Virus record (IMG/VR): IMGVR_UViG_3300028578_000003
Span: 1-64,000 of that record
Length of the DNA: 64,000 bases
Source: a virus
Strand: one strand, 5' to 3'
A program made the position numbers and the translations under genes. This document shows, piece after piece, positions 48,414 through 58,250 of the stretch. The notes below the pieces were generated by a model. That model saw only the letters and a program-made list of their open reading frames with translations. It was not told the DNA's origin and did no database searches. The number at the start of each line of letters is the position of its first letter. Position 1 is the first letter of the stretch.

Positions 48414-50182
48414 ATGCCTCGCAAGATGATCCTCGCCCCGCACCATGACCAGAACCTCAGTTTGGGATGGCTCGGCGTGTCCTGGATTGAGTTTTTTGTC
48501 CGGCACGGGCCCGGCGACGTCCAGGGCCAGCCGGTGCGGCACGGCGAGGAATACACAGAGTTTCTCGTCAACGCGTACGCGGTCGGTGAGCACGCCCGCA
48601 ACAACCACCTGCTGTACGACTCCGTGTTCTTGAGCCGCCCCAAGGGCCGGTGGGCCCCCACCGGGCAACTGGTGGGGGCCCACCGGCCTGACAAGGCTGC
48701 GACAAGAGCGGTCTCGCCGGCCGCATCTGCCTGTTCGAGGCGTTCGGCCCCTGCCGTTTCGCCGGATGGGCGCGCGGAGGCGAAACCTACCGTGACCCTT
48801 ACGGGTTCGGGTTTGAGTACACGTATGCCGAGGGTGAGCCGATGGGCCGGCCGGTCGTGGCCCCGTTCGTGCGGATCTGCGCGACCGAGGAGAACCAGAC
48901 GGGCAACACCTACCGGACCGTCTACTACAACCTGACGGACCGGGACTGCCCGCTGTATCACTGGCCCGGCCACGACGCCGGCAAGCGCGAGGTGTTCCTC
49001 GCCGACGGCGGCGAAATTCGCAGCAGCACAGCCAGTGCGGCCAGCAAAGATGGTGGCCTCGAAACGCATTCCACAATGGACGAAAGTCACCTCTATACGA
49101 CCGCTGAGTTGCGGGAGATGAAAGACGTCGTCGCCGCGAACATGTGGAAACGCAAGCGTGGCGCCGGCACCTGGTATTTGGAAACGACGACCATGTATGA
49201 GCCCGGCGAGGAGTCCGCCGCCGAGGCCACGTACAACGAGGCCGCCGCTCTCGCCGAAGGCCGTAAGCGGCGGGGCTCCCACCGCCTATATTTTGACCAC
49301 AGGTGGGGAGAGGTACCCGACCTGCACGACGAGCCGGTGCTGCGCCAAGGCCTACGGGACGCGTACGGCGACGCGATGGCCTGGATGGACGAGGACTCGC
49401 TCGTCGACCAGGTCTACGACACCCGGACCAGCGAGAACCGGGTGCGGCGATTCATGCTGAACGCGCAGACCAGCGCGAAAGACGCGTGGATCAAGTACGA
49501 GCAGTGGATCGCCTGCAAGGACTCCACGAAGGAGCTCCGGCCCGGCGACATGGTGTGCCTGGGCTTCGACGGCTCGGTGGGTGGCCCGGACGCGGACGCG
49601 ACCGCGCTGGTGGCGTGCCGGGTCTCGGACGGGCACATCGAGCTGATCGGCTGCTGGGAGAAGCCCGACGGGGTCGAGGGTGAGGACTGGCGGGTTCCGC
49701 GCGAGGAGGTCGCCGCCGCGGTCTACCAGGCCCGCGCCGACTACCGCGTGGTCGGCATGTACGCCGATCCGCCGCACTGGGACGACTACCTCGACGTGTG
49801 GCACCGGGAGTTTGGGCACGAGATGCTCGTGCAGGCCACCCAGAAGAGGCCCCTGGAGTGGTGGACGGCCAGGCCGACGCAGATGGTGTCGGCGTTGCTG
49901 CGGTTCCACACCGCGGTGCTCGAACGGCGGGTCACCTACACGCCGGCGGAGGACCGGGTCGGGCGTAAGGCGGAGCTCACGCTGACGCTGCAACGCCACG
50001 CCCTTAATGCCAGGGAAGATCGACGCCGGTCGGGGTTGCACATCCGGAAGGAATATCCGAAATCACCCAGGAAGATCGATGGGGTGATGGCTGCCGTGCT
50101 CAGCTACGAGTGCCGGCAGGACGCGATCGCCGCCGGCGTCGACGCGGCGAGCGACTGGTTCATGCCGAAGCGGATCCGATGA
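48414..50182 (+). CDS. terL: Terminase large subunit interrupted by a 50-nt insert (48648-48697); 572 aa if skipped
   Basis: Joining GGC 48645-47 to TGC 48698 restores Walker A SRPKGCDKSG; Walker B TMDESH; nuclease LGFDGS...KIDG. Confidence 0.92.
48645..48697 (+). other. Candidate translational-bypass element (20-bp hairpin, GCAA loop, matched GGC codons)
   Basis: GGCCGGTGGGCCCCCACCGG-GCAA-CTGGTGGGGGCCCACCGGCC-TGACAA-GGC. Confidence 0.7.
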
Positions 50183-50326
50183 GAGCTGCCGGCCCGGGAC
50201 GGAGTGTGGGACCTTCCGGGCCGGCTACACCATCCACCAGGGGCGCCTGCCGCGCGGCGGGCGAAAGAACGTCCCCGTACCCCGCGTGGGGTCGGGGGGG
50301 AATCCACGAGGGGGGAGGTGAAGAGG

Positions 50327-50599
50327 ATGGACACCAAGACGAAGGTCGAAGCGGTCGAGGCCGGCGACGCGGTGAAGGTGGTCGACGAGCACTACGTCGA
50401 GCACGTCGCGTTGGTTACCACGGTCCACGGCGAGTTCAGCGAGGCGTTCACGCCGTGCATCAACGTCGTGTACGTGTCGAAGGACCCCGCTAAGCGAGAC
50501 CCGAACGGTCGGCAGATCGAGCGGATGTCATCGCTGCAGCACTACTCGCAAGGTCCGGACAAGATGCCCCACCCGGGCCGCTACTGGATCAACCTGTGA
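50327..50599 (+). CDS. Hypothetical protein
   Basis: GGAGG RBS. Confidence 0.65.
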   Translation: MDTKTKVEAVEAGDAVKVVDEHYVEHVALVTTVHGEFSEAFTPCINVVYVSKDPAKRDPNGRQIERMSSLQHYSQGPDKMPHPGRYWINL

Positions 50600-50704
50600 T
50601 CCATGCCGGAGCGCTACTACCTACCGATGAGGCGGGGAACGCGCCGAGGCGCCCGGCGTGGGGAATCACGAGCAGGGCCGGCCATCGCGGGTAGCCTGCT
50701 GATC

Positions 50705-51010
50705 ATGGGTAAGCGGTGGGAAGGCGTCGGTGTCACACCACGCGACTTGACGGCCGGCGCGGTCGTCATGGTGCCGGCCGGTCAGGTCAGCGCGGCGGCG
50801 AACGGCGGGCCCTGCATCATCGCGTGGGCCGTCGTGGTAGGACCCGACGATTACGACGACGCCGTCGGGCCTAAGGCCAAGTGGTGGCTCGACGTCTACA
50901 CAGGCGGCCCGGGAGCGCCGCCTCTGCCGCAGGCGTACCGGGCCGAGGAGATCCTGGGTGTGCCGGCGCTCGGCCTGAGCCATGAGGGCGCGCCACCCCG
51001 ACCGGCCTGA
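50705..51010 (+). CDS. Hypothetical protein
   Basis: Short protein-like ORF; start uncertain. Confidence 0.45.
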   Translation: MGKRWEGVGVTPRDLTAGAVVMVPAGQVSAAANGGPCIIAWAVVVGPDDYDDAVGPKAKWWLDVYTGGPGAPPLPQAYRAEEILGVPALGLSHEGAPPRPA

Positions 51011-51017
51011 CCGTATT

Positions 51018-52091
51018 TCAATACAGCATGTCGCGGGGTACCTCGGTCTTGTCCGCCAGGTCGTCGACCGCCTCCCGGACGGCGGCGACGTACTCGCGCA
51101 GGTGTTCGTCCACGATCTCGCGGGAGGCCCTGGCGAAGGGGTCGGGCGGACGGGTCTGAAGCTGGACCGTCTGGACGAGGTCGGCCGGGTCCGCGGGGAA
51201 GCACCCCTCGAACATCACGTCCCCCGACTCGACGTCGACGAGCCGCCACGCACTGGCGGGCAGGTCGTGGTCGAGGACGATCGGGACGTCGCCGACCCTG
51301 TCCCGCGCGGACCGTCCGGACCTCACGGCGTGGATTGCCTCGAGCGCTCTGTGCCCGACACGCAGTTCCCGCCTCGGCGGCGGCCGGCCCTCAACCCAGA
51401 CGCCGAGCCGGTCGCGGCGGAACGCGTTGGTGGGCTCGGTATTGATCTCCCTGGTGACGTCGTCGACTGACAGCCACGGCGCCGAACCGTACGCGTCCGC
51501 TGGCCGGTCGGGGTCGTGCTCGTACAGCTGCTCCATGTACGCCTGCGAGACCTTGCCGTCCTTCGGCCAGCCCGGGGGACGCGGCGGCGGCGTGAACAAC
51601 GGTTCCGGTGTGCCGGGCGGAGCGAGCCACACTTCCCCGATGACGTTGCCGTCGTCGATGTAGCCGACGTTGTCCCACGTGCCTACCAGCTGCTGCCAGT
51701 ACCGCTGCCGCAGGTACTCGGTGTCCTGCTTCTGCTCCAGCTCCGGCTCGTTGGAGGAGGGCAGAAGCGGAAAGTCGGCCTCGAACACGGCCGAGTCGGT
51801 CTGCTTCACCCACCGGCCCCGCGCCGGTTCTGTCTTCTCCGCCCGCATGGCGGCGTGCCACAGCTGGTAGATGTCTGACGCGCTCGGTGTGACTGACAGG
51901 TTCGCCGGCCGCGGCGGCGGTGGTTCGGCGGCGAGCTCGGCGAACCGGTCACGGACGCGCCGGACGTCGATGTGGGCCTGTGCCGGTTCGCCGTCGTGGA
52001 CGTCGACGAGTTCGGCGAACCGCTCGCGGTCGATCGGGCTCATGCCCATGCGCACGCGGTCGTACCGCGCTCTGGAGATCGGCAACCTCAT
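51018..52091 (-). CDS. Hypothetical protein, antisense insertion between terL and portal
   Basis: Long ORF filling the gap; start uncertain (52049-52091). Confidence 0.6.
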   Translation of the reverse strand: MRLPISRARYDRVRMGMSPIDRERFAELVDVHDGEPAQAHIDVRRVRDRFAELAAEPPPPRPANLSVTPSASDIYQLWHAAMRAEKTEPARGRWVKQTDSAVFEADFPLLPSSNEPELEQKQDTEYLRQRYWQQLVGTWDNVGYIDDGNVIGEVWLAPPGTPEPLFTPPPRPPGWPKDGKVSQAYMEQLYEHDPDRPADAYGSAPWLSVDDVTREINTEPTNAFRRDRLGVWVEGRPPPRRELRVGHRALEAIHAVRSGRSARDRVGDVPIVLDHDLPASAWRLVDVESGDVMFEGCFPADPADLVQTVQLQTRPPDPFARASREIVDEHLREYVAAVREAVDDLADKTEVPRDMLY

Positions 52092-52124
52092 TCTCGCAGG
52101 CTAGCCACCGAGGGGAGGGACCGG

Positions 52125-53645
52125 GTGATTCCCGACAGTGACAGGCCGCTCACCCCAGGCTGGTACTTCAAGACCCTGTTCAACCAGCTGTGCGACCGGG
52201 CCCGCCGCGAGCGCCTCGAGCTGCTGAACAACTACCGGGTAGGGAAGGCGCCGCTGCCGCAGGGTGCTGAGCGGGCCCGGGAGGCGTACGAGGCGTTCAT
52301 GAGGATGGCGCGGACGAACTACGCCGAGTTGGTGGTGTCCGCTCTGGCCGAGCGGATGCGGATCACGGGATTCACGTCGGCGACCGACTCCGACGCGACC
52401 GGCGACCCGGACCTGGCCAGCTTGTGGGAGCGGGCCGGGCTGAACGTCATCTCCTCCGACGTGCACATGGGGATGCTGTCGCTGTCCGAGTCGTACGTGA
52501 TCGTCGGCGCGGTCGACGAGGACACCGACGCGGCGGTGGTCACGTACGAGGACCCACGGTTCATGATCGGGATGCCGGATCCGGACAAGCCACGCAGGCT
52601 GGTCGCCGCCCTGAAAATCAAGTACGACTTGGCCGACGACATGGACCGCGCCTACCTGTTCCTGGCGGGCAAGACCTTCGCCCCGGGCGCGAACGCGCAG
52701 ATCTGGGTGGCCGAGCGCAAGGCGATGGGCCGCATGGGGCCGCTGGGCGGCTTCTACGACAAGGAGTGGGACTGGGTGCCGGCCCGCTCCGGCGCGCTCG
52801 CCCACGACCGGATCCCCGTGGTGCAGTTCGCCAACAAGGACAACCTGGGCGAGTACGAGCCGCACGTCGACGTCCTAGACCGAATCAATCACCAGATACT
52901 TCAGCGGATGACGGTGGCGGTCATGCAGGCCTTCCGCCAACGCGCTGTCAAGAATCTGCCATCGGTCTATCCGCAGGGCCACCCGAAAGCCGGCCAGGAG
53001 ATCGACTACGGGAACATCTTCGTCTCCGACCCGGCCGCGGTGTGGCACCTGCCGCCCAACGCGGAGATGTGGGAATCCACCGTGGTGGACCTGCGGCCGC
53101 TGCTCGAAGCGGTCCGCGAGGACGTTATCGGGCTCGGTGCGGTCACTAAGACGCCGCTCTACTACCTGATGCAGGGCGGGGAGAACCAGTCCGCCGAAGG
53201 CGCGGTCGCGCAGCGGGAGAACCTGACCTTCAAGGCCAAGGACCGCATCGAGCGGTGCAAGTCCCTGTGGGTCGACGTCGTCATCCTCATGCTCCTGCAG
53301 GCCGGCGCCACCGACCGCCGCGCGCTGGCACGGATCGCGTCGATCTGGGCGGCGCCGGAACTGCTGTCGCTCGCCGAGCGGGCCGACGCCGCGTCCAAGG
53401 CGCAGAACGACATCCCGCGCCGGTCCCGGCTGCGGGAGATCTGGGGCTTCGACCCGGCCACCGTCGACCGGATGATGACCGAGTGGGCTGACGAGCTGCT
53501 GCTCGCCCAGCAGGTCGCCGTCGCGATGGCCAGCGCCGCCCCGATCGGGGCGGCGCCCGCCCAGCCGGCGCTGCCCGGCGCACCCAACCAAGGCCAGCCG
53601 GCATTGCCGGCCGGGCCCGCGCCCGCCCAGCCGGCGGCCGCGTGA
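52125..53645 (+). CDS. Portal protein (SPP1 gp6-like)
   Basis: MARTNYAELVV...ERM; PVVQFAN...GEYEPH.D..DRINH; ENQSAEG; GGAGG RBS. Confidence 0.92.
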   Translation: MIPDSDRPLTPGWYFKTLFNQLCDRARRERLELLNNYRVGKAPLPQGAERAREAYEAFMRMARTNYAELVVSALAERMRITGFTSATDSDATGDPDLASLWERAGLNVISSDVHMGMLSLSESYVIVGAVDEDTDAAVVTYEDPRFMIGMPDPDKPRRLVAALKIKYDLADDMDRAYLFLAGKTFAPGANAQIWVAERKAMGRMGPLGGFYDKEWDWVPARSGALAHDRIPVVQFANKDNLGEYEPHVDVLDRINHQILQRMTVAVMQAFRQRAVKNLPSVYPQGHPKAGQEIDYGNIFVSDPAAVWHLPPNAEMWESTVVDLRPLLEAVREDVIGLGAVTKTPLYYLMQGGENQSAEGAVAQRENLTFKAKDRIERCKSLWVDVVILMLLQAGATDRRALARIASIWAAPELLSLAERADAASKAQNDIPRRSRLREIWGFDPATVDRMMTEWADELLLAQQVAVAMASAAPIGAAPAQPALPGAPNQGQPALPAGPAPAQPAAA

Positions 53646-53705
53646 GCGCTGGGGGAGCGGCCGCAGTGATGTCGCGATCCACCGCACGCAGAGAGGGACA
53701 CCCGC

Positions 53706-53939
53706 ATGATCTACGTCTACGCCGAGACGGCCCTGGCGGCGCTCGACTGGGCGCGAAGGCAGGAATGGCGGCCGCGCGACTACCGCGTCACCGGTGCCCG
53801 CAGCCCTGCTGCGGACGGCAGGCAGTTCCGGCCAGATGACCGGATCATCGTGGTCGGTGACCTCCCCGCGGAAGCGGCCGAGACGCTCGCCCGCAACCAC
53901 CGCAAGTCACCCGACGCGCCAGCGATCGAGTACCGGTGA
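53706..53939 (+). CDS. Hypothetical protein
   Basis: GAGGG RBS. Confidence 0.55.
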   Translation: MIYVYAETALAALDWARRQEWRPRDYRVTGARSPAADGRQFRPDDRIIVVGDLPAEAAETLARNHRKSPDAPAIEYR

Positions 53940-53976
53940 GCTGACCGCTCACCACCACGAGACACCCCCTTAACAG

Positions 53977-54020
53977 GGCCCCCCGCCAGAGGCCACAAGC
54001 CTGCAACCTGGCGGGGGGCC
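53977..54020 (+). terminator. Intergenic hairpin
   Basis: ggccccccgccag...ctggcggggggcc. Confidence 0.45.
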
Positions 54021-54050
54021 GCCATACCTCGGCTGATTGGAGGGCCCGCG

Positions 54051-54473
54051 GTGCTGCTGCTGCCCGCCCTTTACCACTGGTCGCCCGTTGACCGGTTCGA
54101 GCAGATCCGCCGGGAGGGTTTGCGGCCGCACGCCCAGCCGGCGGTCGCGTCGATCAGCCTGTGCTACGTGTGCCTGTCCCCCACACCGTCGGCGGCGTGG
54201 GGGCTGTCCGGGGACATGCCGTACATGAGCGAGGTCGACGAGTGGGACCTGTGGCAGGTACGGCTGGCCAAGGGCGACGAGGTGCACATACGGCCCAACT
54301 TCGGGCCAGAGATCGAAGAGATCAAGGTCCACGGGCCGATCCCCCCGGATCGGGTCTGGTGGGTGGCGCGGCGCGGGTCGACGCCGGCGACGGTCTGCCT
54401 CGAGGTACCCAAGCCGGCGGCGAAGAAGGCCGGGAAGAAGGCCACCATCAAGAAGGTCGACGACCGTGCGTAG
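54051..54473 (+). CDS. Putative ADP-ribosyltransferase/KptA-like fold protein
   Basis: LYHWSP....QIRREGLRP...VCLS...EIKVHGPIPPDRV; GGAGG RBS. Confidence 0.6.
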   Translation: MLLLPALYHWSPVDRFEQIRREGLRPHAQPAVASISLCYVCLSPTPSAAWGLSGDMPYMSEVDEWDLWQVRLAKGDEVHIRPNFGPEIEEIKVHGPIPPDRVWWVARRGSTPATVCLEVPKPAAKKAGKKATIKKVDDRA

Positions 54474-54641
54474 CTCAGCCGCGGTGGCCGACGAAACCGC
54501 CAAGGCCGTCCTCACCGCCCACCAGCGCCGCGACTTCGGGAGCTGTCTGTGCGGCTGGGACGAGCTGGGCAAGTCCCATCCCGGGCACCAGGTCGCCATG
54601 CTCCGCGAAGCTGGCCTACTCAAGGACCAGCTCGTGCACCC

Positions 54642-55115
54642 TTAGCCAGAGCGGTGGCGGGCCGACCAGGGGTGGACCAGGAGCTCCACGTCGGCGGGCA
54701 GAGCCGGGATTCCCCTGGTCGCGGCCCGGTAGTCCTCACACGCCCAGTCGCTCTTGCAGGCGTCGCAGGTGACGTGGCAGACACCGTCGCGGCACTTCAT
54801 CCACGGCCCTGGGTGGCCGCTGCACCTTGGGGTGTGCCGTTCGATGATGTCGCGGGCGCCGGCGTACGCCGCGGCGGCGGCGTTGCGCAGCTCGGCGACC
54901 AGGCGGGCGTCAGCACCACGCGCCTCGCGGCCGACGCTGCCGAACACCGCCAGGGCCCGGGCCGGGTCCTCGCCGACGGCGGACACCCCGACGATCGGCA
55001 TCTTCCCGCGTTGCGCGGCCGCGAACCACGGCCCGGACGTCGCCTCCCGCTCAGTCTTCTCCGCCCTGGCCAACGCGGTCAGGACGGCGTCGTGCAACCT
55101 GGACGCTTGATCCAT
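54642..55115 (-). CDS. Ead/Ea22-like phage protein
   Basis: ATSGPW...ADARLVAELRNAA motif. Confidence 0.55.
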   Translation of the reverse strand: MDQASRLHDAVLTALARAEKTEREATSGPWFAAAQRGKMPIVGVSAVGEDPARALAVFGSVGREARGADARLVAELRNAAAAAYAGARDIIERHTPRCSGHPGPWMKCRDGVCHVTCDACKSDWACEDYRAATRGIPALPADVELLVHPWSARHRSG

Positions 55116-55445
55116 TTCGCGACCGTACCGGCGGACACAGCAAGGAGATGATCGACGTGCCGATCGGCTTCTACAGCTACCTGAACGAGTGGCCGAGCGG
55201 AAAACACCGTAAGCCCCGGGTTGGGCGGCCGCCCCGCGACCGGAAGAAGATCGGGGCGGCGCGCAAGGCCGCACGGCGGAACCGGTGAGTGGGGGCCGGC
55301 GACCCGGGCGAATCGAAAGGGTGGCGCCCAACTGGCCCTGCCCAACCATCCCACCCACTAAGTGGGGCGGGCGGGCTGACGCCTTCAACCGGGTTCTGTT
55401 CCTGGCCATGCGGACCGGCCCCCGCCGGCCACGATAGTCGAGGGG

Positions 55446-56597
55446 GTGCCGGTGACCACGCCCGTACAGGCCCCTCCCCCGCAGCAGATGACGGCGGCGC
55501 AGCTGGCCGCGCTGCTCGCGCTCGTGCAGGCGCAGGCGGCGACCCGCCAGCAACTCACCCAGGCGGCGATCGCCGCGGCGCTGGCGCCGCTGACCGCGTT
55601 CACCGCGTGGTGGGACAGCGCGGCGGTGGACCGGCTCATCGACCAGATCCTGCGGGTCGTGCAGCCGATCCAACGGCAGGCCGCGACGCTCACCGACGCC
55701 TACGTCACCCGGGCCTCGACGATCATTTCCGGCCGGACGCAGCGCCCGGCCGGCGTCGTCGACATCACCCGGCTGCGGCGGGCGATGACCGAGCAGGTCG
55801 CCGACGAGATCCTGGCCGGGGTGCGCCGTTCGGTGCGGGTGGAGCTCGGCCAGCTCGCCGAGCAGCCCAGCAGCCGAGTGGAGCCGACCCCCGGGTGGGG
55901 GCTCGAGCACGACCGGGACGCGCAGGACCCCGCCGACGCGTACGGGCGGATCGCGGACGGGTTCCGGTACGCGACCACGGTGCTCGGCGACTCACCGGAC
56001 CAGGCCCAGGCGAAGGCGCGGGTGCGGATCGCGAACGTCGCCGAGACCGACGTGACGTTGGCGGTCAGGGAGCAGTACCGCAAGAACCTCGGCGCGCAGG
56101 GCGCGACGGCGTGGCGGCGGATCCTGCATCCGGAGCTATCGCGGACGGGCCCGTGCGGGCTGTGTGTGGTGGCGGCGGACCGCATCTACTCCACCGAGGA
56201 CCTGCTCCCACTCCACAACAGGTGTGTCTGTGAGGTTTTGCCCGTCTATGGGCGGGTCGACCCGGGGATCCACCTCAACGGCGACGACCTGGCCGCGTTG
56301 TACGCCGCGGCGGGCGGGAACACCCGCGAGAAACTGCGCCGGATCTCGGTGGTGATGACCGAGCACGGCGAGCTCGGCCCGATCCTGGTCGACGGCGCCC
56401 AGCACTACCGGTCGCCGGAGGATGTCGCCCGCACGTACGCGTCCTCCCGGCGGGTGCGCGAGCAGGCCATCCTCGACGCGTTGCTGCCCCGCTACGAGGC
56501 CACCCGGTACCGGGTGGAGCGCGGCGACCCGCTGGAAAAAACGCTGCGTTGGCAGACCGACCGTATTGAAGAGTTGCGGCGGTCACTGTCAAGCTGA
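55446..56597 (+). CDS. MuF-like minor head/capsid maturation protein
   Basis: WRRILHPELSRTGPCGLC..AADRIY....PLHNRCVCEVLP; located after portal. Confidence 0.85.
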   Translation: MPVTTPVQAPPPQQMTAAQLAALLALVQAQAATRQQLTQAAIAAALAPLTAFTAWWDSAAVDRLIDQILRVVQPIQRQAATLTDAYVTRASTIISGRTQRPAGVVDITRLRRAMTEQVADEILAGVRRSVRVELGQLAEQPSSRVEPTPGWGLEHDRDAQDPADAYGRIADGFRYATTVLGDSPDQAQAKARVRIANVAETDVTLAVREQYRKNLGAQGATAWRRILHPELSRTGPCGLCVVAADRIYSTEDLLPLHNRCVCEVLPVYGRVDPGIHLNGDDLAALYAAAGGNTREKLRRISVVMTEHGELGPILVDGAQHYRSPEDVARTYASSRRVREQAILDALLPRYEATRYRVERGDPLEKTLRWQTDRIEELRRSLSS

Positions 56598-57014
56598 AGG
56601 TCCCTACCGGGGCCGGTCCGGAGGCAGGCAAAAGACCGGCCCCGGGTTTCAGCTGAGAATCAAGGCGGCCGCCCAGCGGGCCACGAACGCGCAGATCGCG
56701 GAGAACAGCTCGTCGCGGAGCGCGCAGGCCAACGCGTCACGGAGCCGCCATGGGCCCTGACCAGGCAATGAACCGGCGCCGTTCATTGCCTGAGGCGTAT
56801 TAAACACCTCGCGCCGCCGGGCGTTGAATCGCTGAGTGTTCCGCATGGACTCAGCGTCGCTCCCGCAACGCGTCCCACAGCCCGATCTGGTCTGTCCGCG
56901 GATGTCCGCGCGCTCTCACAAAAGCTCCGGGGCCCCCTTCACGCTGGTCGCTGGTGACGCCAGCGTGTGGGGGCCCCGGGTCCTATCCCATCGCATGAAG
57001 GAGCCCACCCGCTC

Positions 57015-57650
57015 ATGAACGTGACCACGACAGAGGCCGGACCCGAGACGACGCAGGCCCCGCTGAAGCCTGGCGCCGCTGTCATCGAGTGCATCGAACA
57101 GCACCCCGGTCCGGACCGCTACGAGTTCGTTGGCACCGGCTCGATCCTCGCCCCCAACCTCGTGCGGATCAACGGTGTCGCCATCTGGTGCACGGACGTC
57201 GACCCGGTCGTCGTGCAGTCCGTGCACATCGACGGGACCTGCAAGTCATCGTTCGTGGTGCGGGTGCGGATGTCGGCCCGGCTGGTCAACATCGGGGACA
57301 TCCCGGTGTCGGTCGGCGGTCCCGGGGCTGAGCCCGGCGACAGGAACCGCGCTGCCATGCTGGAGATTCCACTGTCCGGTGAGCTGCGGGCCGGGCAGCT
57401 GCTCGAACCGCCGTACGTGTACCTGAACGGCAACCCGCTGTACATCGGCGGGCCCGTCGAGGTGGAGCGGATCCGTACGCCGTGGGGCGGCGGGATCGGG
57501 CACACGGCCACGGTGGTCGTGCCGCTGCTGTGCCGCCGGTTCACCGTCGACGACGAGGTGGTGCCGGAGCGCGACGTGACGTGGCCGAGCCGCCGGATCC
57601 TGCTGGATGACGGGCCCGCCGCCGGCGCGGCGGACGCACCGGCGGAATAA
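57015..57650 (+). CDS. Hypothetical beta-rich protein
   Basis: AAGGAG RBS; weak internal duplication (VRINGV.I / VYLNGNPL). Confidence 0.6.
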   Translation: MNVTTTEAGPETTQAPLKPGAAVIECIEQHPGPDRYEFVGTGSILAPNLVRINGVAIWCTDVDPVVVQSVHIDGTCKSSFVVRVRMSARLVNIGDIPVSVGGPGAEPGDRNRAAMLEIPLSGELRAGQLLEPPYVYLNGNPLYIGGPVEVERIRTPWGGGIGHTATVVVPLLCRRFTVDDEVVPERDVTWPSRRILLDDGPAAGAADAPAE

Positions 57651-57688
57651 TATTTCTCGGCCGTCCTAAATGGACGGAAGGAGTCGAC

Positions 57689-58006
57689 ATGTTGACGAAG
57701 GTCACGGTCGAGATCGTCGACCGAGACGACCCGGACTTCGGTGAGTACGAGTCGAAGACCATCACCGAGCTCGGCTGCGGAGAGCAGGCGGCGAAACAGG
57801 CCGCCGTCGCCAGGCAGACAGCTCACGCGGTCCGCGACCTGCTGGCGGGAAACCCAGCCGTGTTCACCGACGGCCGCCAGTTCCGTGTCCGCGTGCACCG
57901 CTCGTGCCCGCACCGCCCCGGCGGTTGCCCGGGCGGCACGCCGTCGCCCGCGGCCCTCATGCGGGAGTACACCGCACATCCCGGCTCGCCTGCCGGCAGC
58001 AACTAG
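57689..58006 (+). CDS. Hypothetical protein
   Basis: AAGGAG RBS. Confidence 0.55.
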   Translation: MLTKVTVEIVDRDDPDFGEYESKTITELGCGEQAAKQAAVARQTAHAVRDLLAGNPAVFTDGRQFRVRVHRSCPHRPGGCPGGTPSPAALMREYTAHPGSPAGSN

Positions 58007-58146
58007 TCGACCGCTGTAAAGGCGGTTTGGTCACACGTGCCCACGAACGCCGGCGTAGCCGCCCGGAGATCCGAAGCCCACATAGGGGTCGGCGCTAGGC
58101 GGTGAGGCCGACCGACGGCTGTGCGCGTGACCTGCCCCCGGACCGT

Positions 58147-58177
58147 GAAGCCCCCGCTTGTGTTGCGGGGGCTTCTT
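58147..58177 (+). terminator. Hairpin upstream of the scaffold gene
   Basis: gaagcccccgc-ttgtgtt-gcgggggcttc followed by ttg. Confidence 0.5.
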
Positions 58178-58250
58178 GCTGTCCGGGTTTCTTCACGCCT
58201 CGAGCCCGCAATGGGCGACGGGCACCCACCAACCCGAAATGGGGAAGCAA

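Noticed and set aside
48689-48697. Simple -1 frameshift to join the terL frames
   Set aside because: TGA at 48689-91 blocks the downstream frame. A shift after it would leave about 16 extra residues in the P-loop, and there is no slippery heptamer.
48414-48935. Treating 48414-48935 and 48842-50182 as two independent genes, or as a single-base sequencing error
   Set aside because: The junction falls inside Walker A. The extra 50 nt form a near-perfect hairpin, and coding similarity resumes at 48698, well before ATG 48842.
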